Made by a program: the position numbers and the translations under genes
In this document: piece after piece, positions 36,494 through 38,989 of the stretch
Layout of the letters: every line of letters begins with the position of its first letter
Numbering within the stretch: position 1 is the stretch's first letter
From: Thermofilaceae archaeon
GTDB taxonomy: Archaea > Thermoproteota > Thermoprotei > Thermofilales > Thermofilaceae
Direction: 5' to 3'
Assembly (NCBI GenBank): GCA_038861545.1
Contig: JAWCCZ010000007.1
Coordinates: 1 to 38,989, forward strand
DNA: 38,989 nucleotides
Notes under the pieces: model-generated
Told to the model about the DNA's origin: nothing
Databases searched by the model: none
Seen by the model: the letters and a program-made list of their open reading frames with translations, nothing else

Positions 36494-37224
36494 TCAGTAA
36501 AAGAAGGTGTCCGCCCTGAAAACGTGAAGCGTGAGCGGGTGGAGCTCCTTCACGGATTCCGCCTCCCTACGGATCACTTTGACGTAACCGTGCCTGATCC
36601 ACCTCAGCAGTTTCAAAGCCCCTTCAATATCGTAGAAGCGCGCGGAAGCCTGGTTAACGCTCTCATCGAGAACAAGCTCGGAGCTGAGCGCTTCCTTCAG
36701 TTTGGTGTGCCCGAAGCTCCTCCTCGTCTCGTACGATAGGGCGAGGATGTAAAGGTTACTAGTACTCCTAATGCATTTCTGCAGCTTGCTCTCCGATACT
36801 CTCAGAAGGTACGCGTAGGGGTCGAAACCGGTGGAGTGCTTGACCAGTATCCCGAGGCTCTTCGGCACGATGAGGCGCACATCCCCCTCCCCCACAAAGG
36901 CAGAGCTGGAGTATTGGATAGGCGTTCTCCGAAAGGATAAAGGAATACAATTACGGCAGCTCTACGCGCAGCTTCCGAAGCTTCCCCCCTCTTTTCAGCC
37001 GCCTCTGACAACTCTCTAACTTCCTGCAAGTTCCTCTGCTCTAATTTTTCCATTTGGAGGTGTTTTATCGGCCCCAGCCGAAGCTTCCTAGAGATGAATT
37101 CAACACCTGTGGTTTTACCGGAGAAGCGGGGTCCAATGAGGAGGACAGTAGAGTGTTTCAGCAGTTTAGATTCGAGATCCTCATAGTATCCTAGGGTAAC
37201 ATACTGTGGATCGTTTTCACCCAT
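36494..37224 (-). pseudogene. Fragmented P-loop ATPase gene
   Basis: Walker A LIGPRFSGKTT in ORF 36802..37275 (likely start 37224). The sequence continues in another frame (36494..36895) and ends early. Confidence 0.6.
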
Positions 37225-37278
37225 TCGGTTGTTAAGTTCTTTAGGTCTTAAAAAGGTATTGTTCACCGGCATCATTTG

Positions 37279-37372
37279 CTAGCACCTACCATTAAAGGGT
37301 GGTTGTTTTATTATCTTGAGCGTGATTAATATGCTGACACTGTTAACTAGCACCTGCCATTATAAGGTGGTT
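37279..37372. repeat. Two 26-bp imperfect direct repeats with internal dyad symmetry, 42 bp apart
   Basis: CTAGCACCTACCATTAAAGGGTGGTT (37279-37304) and CTAGCACCTGCCATTATAAGGTGGTT (37347-37372); 23/26 identical. Confidence 0.85.
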
Positions 37373-37825
37373 TGGAATAGCCTTCATCGTTGGCTGTTAG
37401 GCTGTTTTTCACGTTAGTGTATCGTACAGCGGTGCTATTAGGACAGCGTTGAATACGGTATTCCTCCCTCATTTACGCTATCCTCCCTGTATTTTTTCAT
37501 GCTTTTCTCCTAATTGAAATTCCCCCACCGTAGGGATTCTATCTCCTAGTCGCTTTCATCGTAAGCATGCAGGTTGGTATCGCCAAGTACTGTCGCCGCA
37601 AAGGTTGTTGCGTTTAAGGCTACACTCATGTTTCCGGCGAATCGGCGATGAAAACAGAAAACTAGTTACATGCATACTGTGCCGGCTTCTACCGAAGTCT
37701 ATCTTGAACTCATACCTCCACGAGTTCTCTTCCTTCCATTAAAGGTTAGGTATCTAAGTTTAGCTATAGGCTGCTTGGAAAAATAATTGAATAAAAGCTT
37801 TAATCTACAGAGGAGAGGATTCGTG

Positions 37826-38989
37826 ATGAGGGTTTCGGTGACGCATAGATACAAATTCCTCCTAGTTTTTACACTTGAAACACTTGTGTTATCATCTCTT
37901 ACAATCGTCGTTATTCAAGTCGGCTCGGCAGCACCTCAGTCAACTAGCTACGGTATTGCGCTTGACAATATAACCATCGTCGCCGTTCACCCTTTCAATT
38001 GGATTGAAACCAATAGAGAGTATTTTTGGAGAAATATAGTCAATAAACTGCATATCCAATTCATAGATAGAGCAACAGGGTTTATGGAAGGAGCTGATTG
38101 GTTTAAACCGCGCATAGATATGAGAACAATCGCTTATGCAAAGTCCAGAGACATATTGACTGGATCTTACATGATTTTGACGCCAATTCCCCCAATCCCC
38201 GAACCCTTATATCTGGACCCTTATGGCAAATCTGGTAAGTTTACCCAAATCGCGGGTGGTAGGAACCTAGACGGCAACCTGCTTTTCCATGACGATAGCT
38301 TCCACCTCACCGTTTCTCTTAGCTGCCCGCAGTGGTTGAACCACTTCATAGAATCTACAAAGAAGATAATCGACGCTGGGCTGGACGCGATCGATATAGA
38401 CAATATAGTTGTACGCCCTTCAATAGAGGGGGAGATTTCTCCGAGTGGAGCGTGTACAATTTTCGAAGCCACCTAGCCTCTCGTTTCTCAAGCGAGCAGC
38501 TTGAACAGCTCGGCATACACAATGTAACAGCGTTTGACATTAGGGAGTACATAAAGTCCAAGAACAGCCTAAAGAGCTTTAAGGGCGAGATCCTCGTCAT
38601 CGCAGCACCCACTACAAGCCTATCGAGGGAGGAGATAGAGGCCATTAAGACGTTTGTTCAAAACGGGGGCGGGCTACTGGTCCAGTTAGAGCCCTCCAGC
38701 TGCCAAGCAGCAAACAGGCTGCTCAGCGAGTTCGGCATTTCAGCTCGCTGCGGGAATCTAATTTCCTCAAAGTACTTGTGGGATCCGGGCAGCTTTGAGA
38801 TCAAACGCTTGAAAACAAACCACCCTGTTATGTTGGGAGTCAAATCTATAGTTCTAAACTGGGGAGTAGCTCTTGATATCAAGAACCCTAATGCGAGTAT
38901 CTTGGCGGAAACCGATGAAAACGCGTGGGTTGATAAGAACGGCGATCTGAAGCTGAGCCCTAACGAGGAGAGGGGGCCTTTCCCCGTCG
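37826..38989 (+). pseudogene. Secreted glycoside-hydrolase-like protein with a class-I GATase-like domain; frameshifted near 38415-38432 and running off the window
   Basis: Signal/TM N-terminus, then ...IIDAGLDAIDIDN. The -1 frame continues GGDFSEWSVYNFRSHL...EEIEAIKTFVQNGGGLLV...HPVMLGV...GPFPV, open to the window end. Confidence 0.7.

Noticed and set aside
37279-37372. CRISPR array
   Set aside because: Only two units, no GAAA(C/G)-type repeat end, no leader and no cas genes in the window.
622-38882. Many short ORFs antisense to or nested in longer genes (e.g. 622..831, 2319..2504, 6564..6894, 14349..14675, 17346..17645, 21173..21541, 27329..27679, 38355..38645, 38658..38882)
   Set aside because: They are shadow ORFs overlapping better-supported genes and show no recognisable motifs.

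Overview
Archaeal chromosomal window. It most resembles Thermoproteota, probably Thermofilaceae; this is inferred from gene content (XPB-Bax1, ferritin-encapsulin fusion, class III signal peptide protein, box C/D sRNA) and TATA boxes ~25-30 nt upstream of start codons. About 30 intact CDS are present: YHS chaperone, ArsC-like protein, Flp-encapsulin fusion, D-2-hydroxyacid dehydrogenase, MFS transporter, URO-D/MtaA-like protein, saccharopine dehydrogenase-like protein, a sugar kinase/GH29 fucosidase/2x Gfo-Idh-MocA cluster, Sfm1-like methyltransferase, CinA-like protein, Adk, XPB-Bax1, TrxB-like protein, VapBC, HypE, FGGY kinase, PfpI and a giant pilin-like adhesin. Features not in the ORF track: (i) the 5' end of a probable tyrosine-integrase gene at 1-297, whose element appears to have split a copA gene at a site mimicking a tRNA 5' end; (ii) a multiply frameshifted rubrerythrin pseudogene beside the encapsulin; (iii) a box C/D sRNA with two plausible 23S rRNA targets; (iv) a secreted glycoside-hydrolase-like gene broken near a G5 run. 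The best candidate for an uncharacterised system is the pair at 18248-24650: an OPT-like polytopic membrane protein plus a 1490-aa fusion of a non-canonical M28/PA peptidase-fold ectodomain with a MacB/FtsX permease. All family calls come from motif recognition, not database searches.
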